This document shows, in pieces, positions 36,495 to 47,707 of a stretch of 64,000 nt of DNA. The DNA is from Psammoneis japonica (Eukaryota): assembly GCA_008632985.1 (NCBI GenBank), contig QPGO01000120.1, positions 1 to 64,000 of the forward strand, written 5' to 3'. How positions within the stretch are numbered: position 1 is the stretch's first letter; every line of letters begins with the position of its first letter. A model generated the notes under the pieces. The model saw only the letters and a program-made list of their open reading frames with translations. It was not told the origin of the DNA and did no database searches. A program made the position numbers and the translations under genes.

Positions 36495-37153
36495 GGTGTA
36501 TTCTTCAGAATAACTCCAACAGAACAAGAAGTGAGACGCCCAGAAAAGATCTGGCGGCTGTTTCTGTCCAAGTGAAAGCGTCGACGGTTGGGAATTCCAT
36601 TGAACAGTAGAACCCTGCTCAGGCAGGAATGAAAGGTGAAGGTGTATTCGGTATTGCGGCTATTATAAGGGCCCTCTATCGTGTATCGTGTTGCGTTGTG
36701 TCTGGCTGTGACAATGAAGCGAAAAGAAGTGGCGGGACTCAAGGCATGACTCGATTCCCCCGACTGTCTCTGAAACCGTAACAATCTTTCAAAAAGATAC
36801 CAAAAATTTTCGAAATTCATCAAAAATCCTATTTTGAACAGAAAATTCAAAATTCATAGTCATTGACACCCACGACTGAAGGAGACGCGGCAACAACAAT
36901 CACAACAATCACAAGGGATCAGCTCAGCTAAACTATTGCATCAAAACATACGATCTCTTTACCAGCTTCAGCACCCTTGAATGAGGAGGAGATGAAGGTG
37001 CAATTCTTGTTTGTTTCAAGTTGTTTGCTAGTGTGGGCGAGCGCAGCAACAGAAGACACCGCTCACACAAATCATCAATAGGGAGCATCCGCCGAAGAAG
37101 AAGAAGAAGAAGAAGAAGAAAAGGCTCATATTAGCTTCATACCGGCTCCTGGA

Positions 37154-37705
37154 GTGAATTACCCAATAGGAGACGAGCGCTTGGACTCCATGCCATGGGC
37201 GCCAAATCCCGAAACCGACGACATCATGCGCGAACAGCTCCTCACATTCTTTGGGTTTCAAGTGGTTCTTGCCAACGATGAGTGTAAATGTCCTGTTCAT
37301 GAAGGAAAAGAGTCGTGGTCGGAAGAAGAATTGAAGAAATCGATATTCGCAAAAATGGGTGTACGACCTTCGGTTGCCACTTTTCTCAAGCGTTTAATGG
37401 TTCAGAAGCGTCCGCCAGTGTCCAAGAAATGTTCGGACATGCTTCATGACATTCGCAAAGCCGGATATCTCTACCAAGTAAAAACAACTGGTAGTTACAA
37501 ACGGAGCGTACGAGATTGGATCCAGCTATTTCTATTACGACAGGCTCCAAAACTTGTCATACCAGGCTGGCCAGATCAGCCCATTATGACAGTTCAGGTG
37601 CAAAAGAAAGGAGTTGACAATGAATGGTTTCTTGATGTCCCATTGTACCTTGCGTTGGCGATCCCCATATACCTGTACAAACGAAGACAGCCACAACTTA
37701 CATAG
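37154..37705 (+). CDS. Hypothetical protein (probably 3' exon; true start uncertain)
   Basis: 183-aa ORF with normal composition and a C-terminal hydrophobic segment. Confidence 0.45.
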   Translation: MNYPIGDERLDSMPWAPNPETDDIMREQLLTFFGFQVVLANDECKCPVHEGKESWSEEELKKSIFAKMGVRPSVATFLKRLMVQKRPPVSKKCSDMLHDIRKAGYLYQVKTTGSYKRSVRDWIQLFLLRQAPKLVIPGWPDQPIMTVQVQKKGVDNEWFLDVPLYLALAIPIYLYKRRQPQLT

Positions 37706-38347
37706 CTACATGAGTAGATTAGAAACTGATCTTTTAAAAATGCTGACAAACAATGTCTCTGACGCAGAGAGCAGAACTTAGCCTCTCCCCAAGTCTGTTT
37801 GCAAACTGCACGTGGCGTTGCGTAAGAATATTGGCCTGTCGAATACAAGAATCGACGTCGCTGACATTTTAGACGTCGTTGATAAGATGCCCATAGCTAC
37901 AAGAACTAACTCTAGAGCTCTACGGTACTCTAGTAGAGTAGAAAGGGCCTAACTTTTAGCGAAACTAAACGATGCAAAATGGAACAAGGTGTGAAGCACA
38001 TGCACCTAAATCAGGCACGAAGCTTCAATCCGGCGCAGTGCTGAGTGCTGACTGCGTTGCTGTGTTGCAACTTGCAACACTCAATGAAAAAACCTAGTAT
38101 AGCATCTTGGGCACATTCATCCAAAGTTTGAGACTCTTCATTCGCTTCCAGCTTCGATTCGCTGCATTTCTTTGTCCAAAAGAGGTCAGGCAAAACCACT
38201 TCAGGAGAGCGATCCGGGGTTTTAAAATTATCATAGATTTCAGAGCGCTGCGGAAATTTCTGTGGGCGCAACGAGTACAGCAACAGTACAGCCATACTGG
38301 TAGAAAAGTTTAAAAACCCGGTAAAGAGAAGAACAAGAAGAAGAGTT

Positions 38348-39694
38348 ATGTCCCTCGTTTCATCGTCAAAAAAGATTGTCATTGTTGGCGGTGGTCCGAC
38401 GTCGCTGTTGCTAGCGCATTACTTGGTCCGCCGCCCCGGATACGAGGTGCACATTCACGAGAAGCGTCCCGATCCCCGAGAGCTCTCTCCAGAAGAGGTC
38501 CGGACATATCCCATTGCCCTGCAGCAGCGTCGAGGACTGGCTGCCATTCGACAAATCCCCGGCCTCGAGGCTGCGTTGGAAAAGCGAGGCGTTTGGGTCG
38601 CCGGCGCGGCGTTGCACGGCAAAACGAAGAAACCAATCAAAATTGCACGGCCCTTGTTTCTAAGCATTGATAGGAATGATATTCCGCTTACGTTATTGGA
38701 GGAGCTTTCTCAGGTCGAACATGCTCCAAAGAGTTCTGTGCAATCGCACTTTGATAGCGCTGTAGAGCAAGTGGATCTAGACCAAAAGGTAGTAACGGTG
38801 CGAACGGTGAAGGACGGTACCAACAAAGAGGTCACACGACAAGAATCGTTTGATCATCTTGTGGCCGCCGATGGCGCCCGCTCCGTCGTGCGTGAACTGC
38901 TGTTGGAACAAGAGGAATTGGAATGGTGTAAAACTGAGGAAATTACGGACAATTACAAGTCTTTGTATTGTGCGAGAACAAGTCGCAACGAAGGTGTCGA
39001 TCCACTCTTGTCGGACCATCTCAACAGTTGGATGCTACCCGGCAAAAAGACTGTGATAATGGCCCCCAGTGGACGCAACAAGGAGCATCTCAACGGCGTT
39101 ATTGTGTTTCCCGAAGAGGACGATCCTTTTGCTACGCTGGACGACGCCTCTGCCGTTAGGAAATATCTAAACGATCTGTCGCCGCACTTGGCAGGATTCA
39201 TGTCGGACGAAGAAGCGGAGAGTCTCCGGACGCGTCCCGTTTCCACGTTACAAACAGTCAAGTGCAGCTCCTTGCAGGTGCGAGATGGAACCGTCGTGTT
39301 GCTTGGTGATGCCGCTCACGCCGTGTCGGCCAGTCTGGGACAAGGATGCAATTCGGCATTGCAGGATGTCCAGATATTGGCTGGATATCTTGATCAGTTT
39401 GATGATGATTGGAGTCGAGCAGTGCCCGCCTTTGCAACTGAACGATTGCCTTGCGCTCATGCAATCAAGGAACTGTCTGACTGCAGCATGCCCCGGACCA
39501 AGTGGCTGCGACTGGAATTTGTGGTGAGACAAATCATGTGGAAGCTTTTGCCGTCTTGGCTGGGTCGTCGTTGTTTGCGGCCACTTCCAATGCAGCTTCT
39601 GACAGAAACCGACTTGAGCTATTCTGAAATATTGGAAAAGACCCAATGGTGGGTCGATCGTGTGAAGCGGTCTGTAGGGAAGAATGAAGAATAA
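38348..39694 (+). CDS. FAD-dependent monooxygenase, kynurenine 3-monooxygenase-like
   Basis: IVIVGGGP, EKRPDPR, AADGARS and LLGDAAH...GQGCNSALQD fingerprints. Confidence 0.88.
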   Translation: MSLVSSSKKIVIVGGGPTSLLLAHYLVRRPGYEVHIHEKRPDPRELSPEEVRTYPIALQQRRGLAAIRQIPGLEAALEKRGVWVAGAALHGKTKKPIKIARPLFLSIDRNDIPLTLLEELSQVEHAPKSSVQSHFDSAVEQVDLDQKVVTVRTVKDGTNKEVTRQESFDHLVAADGARSVVRELLLEQEELEWCKTEEITDNYKSLYCARTSRNEGVDPLLSDHLNSWMLPGKKTVIMAPSGRNKEHLNGVIVFPEEDDPFATLDDASAVRKYLNDLSPHLAGFMSDEEAESLRTRPVSTLQTVKCSSLQVRDGTVVLLGDAAHAVSASLGQGCNSALQDVQILAGYLDQFDDDWSRAVPAFATERLPCAHAIKELSDCSMPRTKWLRLEFVVRQIMWKLLPSWLGRRCLRPLPMQLLTETDLSYSEILEKTQWWVDRVKRSVGKNEE

Positions 39695-39947
39695 TGACAA
39701 TCTTTACGAGATCGCAATAGAAGAATGCTTGATGGTCTCACACTAGACCGCGCATTGTGACTAGGACGACTTTGCACCAGGTAGACGAAGATCCTTCGTA
39801 ATCGGGTAACTGTAAGCGAAGCAACTGCGTTACAGGTCGTTCGTCTAGCGGCAGAAACTCGTCGTTCGGAATTATTCTTGTAATAGCCCATGGGGACTAT
39901 CTGGAAACAAAAAAAAAACAAAAGAAGCAATTTGTAAACCACTAAAA

Positions 39948-40087
39948 TAGCAACAGCAGTCGCAATGGCAACAACAACAGTTGTAGTAGTAACAACAACA
40001 GTAGTAGTAGTAGTAGTAGTGGTAGTAGTGGTAGCTGTAGTAGTAGTAGTAGCAGCAGCAGTCGCAATATCAACAATAGCAGTAGTA
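39948..40087. repeat. Compound trinucleotide microsatellite (GTA/GCA/ACA)
   Basis: Direct inspection of the sequence. Confidence 0.9.
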
Positions 40088-40286
40088 CGTGGAAGAGGAT
40101 GGATCGTCATTGGAGAACTATTTGATTACTTCACGCTCGGCGTGGAACTAAAACATCACGCTTGGTTGCGTGGAACTAAGAAATCATCACGCTCAGTAGC
40201 GTGGAACTAAACTTGGAACGAAACATCACTCACACTCGGTATGTAGAATCGCCGCAGACGACCCCACCTTCCCGCACCGTGACAAT

Positions 40287-40850
40287 TCACTCTACATTGT
40301 AAACTTCGAACTCCGGATTTCCTGGAGTGTATTTGAGCCATGCAACTGGCATGGCAAAGCTACCACTGTAAACCCCGTAGAGGGCAAGGGATGGCAAAAC
40401 GGTTCTGTTGTTACCAGAACGAAACTGATGCCAATTCGGATCGCCCGGTTCAAACAATCCAATGAAAGCAGGATCGACTTTGTTCCAACCATGCTTGTTT
40501 TCTAAATGTGAAAAACCGGCTGCTACAGAAGTCGTACCCCAAATCACAGCATCACCTTTTTGCCAATCTTCAGAAGTGCGATTGGTCTCTGAAACCACTT
40601 CATTGGGAAGAAGCACTTTCTTTCCACTTGAATGAGGAATCCAATTTTCACCATTTGGATCAAGAAGTGTCATGTGAATGATAGTGTATGAATCTTTCAT
40701 ATCATCGAAGCGAACTTTTCTAACAAGATCCAGCGGTAACCCAAGCGACTGTAAAAAATCTTCCGTCGAACCATCTTGCAGTATGTTTGGATCAGCCATG
40801 TATAACTTTTTGCACAGGGTGTCTGCAATGGATGGATTTGCATCTTGCAC
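40287..40850 (-). CDS. Hypothetical protein (start uncertain)
   Basis: 187-aa ORF with protein-like composition; no recognised family. Confidence 0.5.
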   Translation of the reverse strand: MQDANPSIADTLCKKLYMADPNILQDGSTEDFLQSLGLPLDLVRKVRFDDMKDSYTIIHMTLLDPNGENWIPHSSGKKVLLPNEVVSETNRTSEDWQKGDAVIWGTTSVAAGFSHLENKHGWNKVDPAFIGLFEPGDPNWHQFRSGNNRTVLPSLALYGVYSGSFAMPVAWLKYTPGNPEFEVYNVE

Positions 40851-41097
40851 CGCTAAAGTGGCAGCAGCTGCATCTTCTGAAGTCTTGATACGTTGGGTAG
40901 TTCTTCGAAAAGAAATTCTCGTTGTGTCACGAGACCGTGATCCGTTTTCAGAGTTGACGGCGACAGCAAAATGTCTGGAGTATAATGTGCCATTTCTGCA
41001 ACCTGCAAAGACACTTGCACCGGGTCTCCTCTCTCTTTCTTTTTTTCTCTCCTTCCACTCTTCTGTTTTTGGATGCGAAATTCGATTCTTGTCTGGC

Positions 41098-41689
41098 TGT
41101 CACGTCGTGCTCATGACCCGACACTTCGAGACGTCATAAAGAACAATAGAGAACTACGGACAGAACCTATATACATCTACGTGAACATACATCAAGAGAC
41201 ACATGCATGCTACATCATGAACAATTATCCAACATCTTCCTCCTAAGTAAACAACCGGACACATGCGGAAAGCGATAGTAAACAACTGGACACGTGTATC
41301 ACTTCCTAAGTAAATCGAGAAGACATTATTTCTTAGCCGAACTTCAAGTTCCTTTTCAGCCAATCCGATTCTCACAAGAAAACGGTCGAAACGATGAAGA
41401 GCGAATCGGATCTCTCGATTTTTCCCGTGATACCTTCGGACACCATACGTGACCTCCTCAGAAGTCCCAAGACGTTCCCTTAGACGATATACACTTAAAG
41501 AAGAACCCAGGAACGTTCCTACATAACGAGAACAGAATTTCTCTGGAAAAGAAAGAATCGAAAGAACATTCCGCGAGATCACCGCTCCAGAAATTCACTT
41601 CATAATTTTACACTTTTATAGTCTCACTTTTCATGAACGACTCTTAAAATCACCACAATCACCCACAATAGGCCTTGTGCCACATGACA
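41098..41689 (+). repeat. 5' LTR of gypsy (TpA-intact)
   Basis: Direct repeat of 47122-47707. Confidence 0.96.
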
Positions 41690-41719
41690 TTTTGATCAAA
41701 CAGTGGCGTGTCATTATAA

Positions 41720-44700
41720 TGATGCCGCCTCTCAGCATGGTACTGAGCATTCTACTCAAGGCGAAGAAAGCCTGCGTACGCAGCCCCCAGTTCGACGGAA
41801 CTGAAGAATGGCACTTTAGAGCGTTACCTCAAGATAATACTTATACAGCACAGGAGGACATGACTAGTCAAGCGATTGTGAAGTTACACAAGTCGCACCC
41901 CCAAGTAGCGGACGACGTTGCGAGCCTAATCAAGTACAAGGTTGCGCCAGACCCGGGAGAACCGGAAGACACGGTGGCATTCTATATCCATCAGTGTGAT
42001 ACCTCCATCAAGGAGAAGTACCTAGTCTTTTTAAAAGACTTTAATGAGCTAAGAACGGTCAAGCACTGGACAACAGGACCAGCACTTCATTGCCAGATGT
42101 CACGCCTAACCAGAGGCTCCATCAAGGACCGATGTCAGAGAGCGGTAAGAGCTCTAGTTGAAAATCCAGAAGAACTTACCCCTGAACAGTTTGATGCAGC
42201 AGTGGAGACAGTCACTGCTGGACTGCTTCCTCGAGACTCAGCGGCAGTGCAGAAGCAGTACTTGCGCTCCATACGCAAGCCAAGAGAAACTACCTTCATT
42301 GAATTCACCTCCAGAATTTCGGAAATCAATGAGCTAGCACCCTACATGAGAGGCTCTGCAGAAGAGAGAGCCCCTCTCACGGACCAAGAGTTAACTTATG
42401 CAGCAGAGCATGCTGTGCCGGATGATTGGCGAGAGAGATTCCAACTGTCCGTCGGACACAGAGGTGAGTGTGGCATGGCAGACTTGGAGACATGCTATTC
42501 CACCATTGAATCCTTCCTACAGAAGAAGAAGGCCCAACAAGAGAGAAGGTTGTCAAACAACCAACGGCGATTCCAGAGACGTATCCCCACTCACGGCTAC
42601 CGAACCGCATACGGACATGGAGGCGACCGAGCGACACGACCGAGCAACAATAACAACAACAACGCCGGAGCTCCTCCCAACCAACCACATAGACATCCTA
42701 CTCGACACCAAGCCAACTTACAGCGTGGTGGGAACCGTCCTCAAGGCTATGGTCAACAGAGAGGACGTACCCGAACGAACCGGCAAGAAATGCGTGCCGC
42801 ACACGAGCCAGAAGAAGCTCCACCAGTCCAGAACCCGGACAACAGTATAGACTCAGCCCCAGCTGAACAACTGGAACAACTTAGCATAAGAGAGGATTCT
42901 GAACCTGAATCTTATGAACAAGAAGACGGACTTGAGATACCAGAAGACGATACGAGCTACTCTTATGAAGAATCAGACGGAGAATATGATACTTACGTGG
43001 AAGAGAACTATTGCGTTCTGTTGCCAGAAGACTTTGAGCTGCAACAGAGACAGAGACCTCCCATGGACCCAGCAGAAACAACTGATGCATCCAGCATGCC
43101 GGAATTCGTGCCGCACAGCGGATCAACATCGTCAGACAGCGATGATTTGTGGAGTACCGCCAGTAGTATGTCAACAGTATCGTCGACAACCTTACGTATG
43201 TCGTCTATGGACGAGCTGTCATCTTTTGGAGAAGATGCCGATGACGAGCATGAGGCTACAGCAGACAGCGCGGATGAGTGCGCATCTCTGACATCATCAA
43301 TTTTCGAGCATGACAACAGCACGGACGCCCAGGAGTTGATAGAAGCATTATATCCAGATGGAATGGACGATTGCGACTACGTAGTGTTCCCTCATGGGGG
43401 CACACATCCTACGAGAAGGAACTTGTGTGTTCCAGGTGACCCAGACGAATTCGAAGAAGAAGAAGGACATTCGAAAACGTCCGAAGACACCGAACCCTAC
43501 ACACATGAGCAATGTCGCTCACTTTCTCATCGAGCAACTGCCTCGAAGACGAAGCGAGCTGCATCGGCAGACGAACTCATGAACAGCGAGTCCGATGAGA
43601 AAATGTCAGCGGCTCCAGAGTCCGACACCGATGAAGAGAGCATCCACACGACGAATGAACTCATGCCAGCCGCAGCGCCTGAGCCACAACCAGCAGCACG
43701 AGTGCCTGAACCAGACCCTCAGAGTGATGGTTACGAGCATTTGAGTGCATCTAGTGGTCATGATTTCTTTTGCTGTGAACCTGGCACAGTGCACCTAGAT
43801 GATGAAGAGTGTCGCACTTGGTTCCACCAAGAAGAAGAAGTCTTTGGAGATGGCATGTCTGACCATCTCAGAGAACAAGAAGAGGAGCAAAGCAGCAACA
43901 AGAAGCCGAGAAGACACGCAGCACGAAAGCCTCAAAAATGTGGGTGGAAGAACCCCGGATGCATCGTGCGACTTCAACCACTCAATCCAGTTGATGGGAC
44001 TCGAGACAAAAGCAACAATGTTCCACTCGCCTCACTCGACAGCGGTGGCAGTCGAACAACAACAAAGAGAGATGTGCTCTCAAAAGAAGCACTGGACAAG
44101 GCCACCTTAGCACCAACAAGATGGGAGACCTTGTTTGCGCAGACCCATCAGACAACTCATGTCGCGCTCACTCGTTGTCGATTCCTTGATGCATCCTTGC
44201 ACAGACAATTCGATTTGTGCTTTTACATTTCATCATTGCAAGGAATCTGTGATGCCATTGCAGGACGAGATGTTCCATTCAAGCTTGGAATGAAGCTTGA
44301 TTTCCAGGAAAAAGTCATTGCTTGGGATGACTTGTCCTTTCTGATGAGATGTCCCGAGGATTTTTGGCACCGACCGACGACGCAAGAAGAGCTCATGGCG
44401 GCTCGTAAGGCCAAAGCTGTTCGCCCAAATGACTGTGGTCCCACAGAGGACTTACAAGAGTGTGCGCCCGAGCACTTGTCGAGAGAGCAAGGTGAAGCTC
44501 TCATTGCTTTGCCAGAAGACTTCTCCAGTCTCACGCAAGGAGAGCTCGGACAACATGTCAAGCGACCACCGGTCAACATTGAGCTCAAGCCCGGCACCGA
44601 GCCCACCTCACAGCACACCCCAGATCAACTGCAACATGGCAAAAGGAGAAGTGGAGAGATCATGCCGAGTGGGAGTTCTGAGAAGGATCTCAGACTCAGC

Positions 44701-47098
44701 TTGGGGATTTCCCTCAATGTTCGTGCCGAAGAAAGGCGGTGATTGCCGATTTGTCACCGACTTTCGGCTGTTAAATCAATGCATGCAACGACGCCCATGG
44801 CCTCTGCCTTTGACACCAACCATGCTCCGAAAGCTGCACGGCTGTGCTCATGTTACAGCGATTGATTTGAACATGGGATTTTTTACGATGCGGATCAGCC
44901 AGAAGAGTCAGCAGCATCTGACTGCTGTGCTGCCGTTCGGCAAATGTGCTCACTGCAGATTGCCAATGGGACTTGCACCAGCCCCAGACACACTCCAAGA
45001 AGTCATGACTGACTTGCCAGGACACTTGGAATTCGTTCTGATTTTTATCGACGACTTGTTGATTGTTGGCAAGGGATCCTTTGATGATCACCTCGCCCAA
45101 TTGCGCGAAGCATTTGTGCTTTTGAATGATGCAGGCTTTAGAGCAAACTTGCGAAAAACTTTCTTTTGCGCTCTAGAAACGGAGCACCTGGGGTTTGTCA
45201 TTGCTGGAAACGGAATCAAACCGCAACCCAAGAAAGTCAATGCGATTGTGAATTTGGTTTCACCCAAAACAAAGAAAGAACTCAGAGGTTTTGTTGGAAT
45301 GACAAACTTCTGTCGCGAGATGTGGTGACTTCGTGCCCATCTGTTGACACCTCTTTCGAGTGTGACCTCGAAAGCGGTCAAGTTCGAGTGGAAACCCGAA
45401 CACGAGCAAGTGTTTCAAGAAATTAAGAGACGGATCTCCACCGAGACGCTTCTTGCCCACCCTGATTTCAACAAGATGTTCCACATCTACACCGATGCTT
45501 CGAAATGCCAGCTGGGAAGCGTTGTCATTCAAGACAAGCGCCCGACAGCGTTCTGCTCCCGCAAACTCTCCGACACGCAAAAAAGACATCCAGTTGTCGA
45601 ACAAGAACCACTGTCGACAGTCATGACGCTACGAGAGTGTCGTGATGTCCTGTTGGGTCATAGGATCACGATCCACACGGATCACAAGAATCTGACCTTT
45701 GCAAATTTCAAGTCAGACCGCGCACGTCGTTGGCGACTGATCGTTGAGGAATTTGGTCCCACGATTCTTTACCTGCCGGGAGGAAAAAATGTGCTCGCGG
45801 ATTTCTCATCACGTGCCGCGACCATGACTGGCGACCCAGAGATGCCAGCTGCAGATCCAATGCTGGAAGAGTGTTTCGCCTTTGAATGCGACGACAACAC
45901 TCATTGTCCCATCTCGTTTGACACGATTGTTGAAGCACAGCAAGATGATGCTACGTGCAAAAAAGCATTGCAACTCACTCGAACCGACCCGAGTCGGAAA
46001 GAATTGTCTGACTGCAGTTGCATGGTGCAGGATGGACACCTGCGCCTGGTCCTTTTTAAGGACAAGATTGTTGTCCCTACAACTTTACAAGCACCTCTGT
46101 TGAACTGGCATCATGTCAATTTACGCCATCCAGGTGTCCAACGAATGGAAAAGACCCTCAGGCAGTGCTGTTGTTGGCAAGGTTTGACCCGAGACGTCAA
46201 GACCAAGGTGGACCAATGCCAGACCTGTCTACAGTCAAAAGAGAACCGCAGAGTGTATGGAAAAACACCTCTCAAGGACATGCAAGCCCTTGAGATCGAC
46301 CCCTGGTTGCAGGTGGCAGTCGACACTGTCGGACCGATTACCTTTGCTGCTGGTGCCGGCGCCAACCGACGAAGTTTGACGTCAACCGCCCTCACGATGG
46401 TAGATCTAGCTACTCATTGTTTTGGCATGGAGCAGATCTCCACAGTCTCAGCTCTGGAAGCTGCCAGAGCATTTGACCAAGCGTGGTTGTGCAAATTTCC
46501 GCGCCCGGTCTGTTGCACACACGACAACGGTGCGGAATTTACAGGCATTGAATTTCAAGAACCACCAGTTTCTCATGGGATTGAGTCTAAACCTGCGACA
46601 GTGTGGAACCCACAGGCGAATTCACTGCTTGAATGGACCCACGATGTTTTGTGGAGCTGCACACGGGCCCAACAAGTCGATGATCCCGACGCATTTAATC
46701 AACCGAATCCGTGGAGTGCGACAATGGCCTCAGCAACTTGGGCGATAAATTCGACGGCACATGCCGTCATGCAAGCCTCTGCTGGCCAACTTGCTTTTGG
46801 AAGAGATGTGATCCTTCCCTTGCAATGCAACGTCCACTGGCCGACCATTTGTGCTCGCCGCCGACAACAAGCGCAAGCAGATGACGCGCGTGAAAACTCT
46901 CGGCGACTCGACCATGACTTCAAAGCAGGAGACCTTGTTTCTCTCCGAAACGACAACCCTCGTCGATCCAAACTCGCCTTACGCCGACTTGGCCCATGCG
47001 AGATGCATGAAGTAAAGTCCAATGGCACCGTCATCATCCAAAAAGGAAATTACCTCGAGACCGTCAACACGCGGCGTCTCGTTCCTTTCTCTCCCTGA
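41720..47098 (+). pseudogene. gypsy gag-pol, disrupted
   Basis: PR LDSGGS; RT RFVTDFRLLN, LPMGL, FIDD; RH YTDAS, TDHKNL; IN HPG...CQTC, VAVD, DNGAEF. Frameshift near 44620 and a TGA stop at 45326. Confidence 0.92.
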
Positions 47099-47121
47099 TG
47101 CGATTCATTGGAGGAGGCGCG

Positions 47122-47707
47122 TGTCACGTCGTGCTCATGACCCGACACTTCGAGACGTCATAAAGAACAACAGAGAACTACGGACAGAACCTGTGTGCAT
47201 CTACGTGAACATACATCAAGAGACACATGCATGCTGCATGAACAATTGTCCAACATCTTCCTCCTAAGTAAACAACCGGACACATGCGGAAAGCGACAGC
47301 AAACAACTGGACACGTGCATCACTTCCCAAGTAAATCGAGAAGACATTTCTTAGCCGAACTTCAAGTTCCTTTTCAGCCAATCCGATTCTCACAAGAAAA
47401 CGGTCGAAACGATGAAGAGCAAATCGGATCTCTCGATTTTTCCCGTGACACCTTCGGACACCATACGTGACCTCCTCAGAAGTCCCAAGACGTTCCCTTA
47501 GACGATGTACACTTAAAGAAGAACCCAGGAACGTTCCTACATGACGAGAACAGAATTTCTCTGGAAAAGAAAGAATCGAAAGAACATTCCGCGAGATCAC
47601 CGCTCCAGAAATTCACTTCATAATTTTACACTTTTACAGTCTCACTTTTCATGAACGACTCTTAAAATCACCACAATCACCCACAATGGGCCTTGTGCCA
47701 CATGACA
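47122..47707 (+). repeat. 3' LTR of gypsy (TpA-mutated)
   Basis: 16 substitutions and two 3-bp deletions relative to the 5' LTR. Confidence 0.96.

Larger units (their letters stand above)
41098..47707 (+). mobile_element. Ty3/gypsy LTR retrotransposon with both LTRs
   Basis: LTRs of 592 and 586 bp (TGTCA...TGACA), PPT GGAGGAGG near 47110, order gag-PR-RT-RH-IN; no clear TSD. Confidence 0.95.

Noticed and set aside
39619..40110. Thr/Val-rich ORF
   Set aside because: Translation of a microsatellite.
40131..40210. CRISPR-like array
   Set aside because: Only three very short units, no proper spacers, no cas genes, eukaryotic context.
41690..41710. Gypsy tRNA PBS or self-priming site
   Set aside because: Only a TTTGATCAAA palindrome is seen; no TGG adjacent to the LTR and no complement found in the LTR by eye.
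1098..47707. ADAR editing or RT error during retrotransposition
   Set aside because: Changes occur on both strands, differ between LTRs of one insertion, and affect DNA elements and host-gene duplicates.
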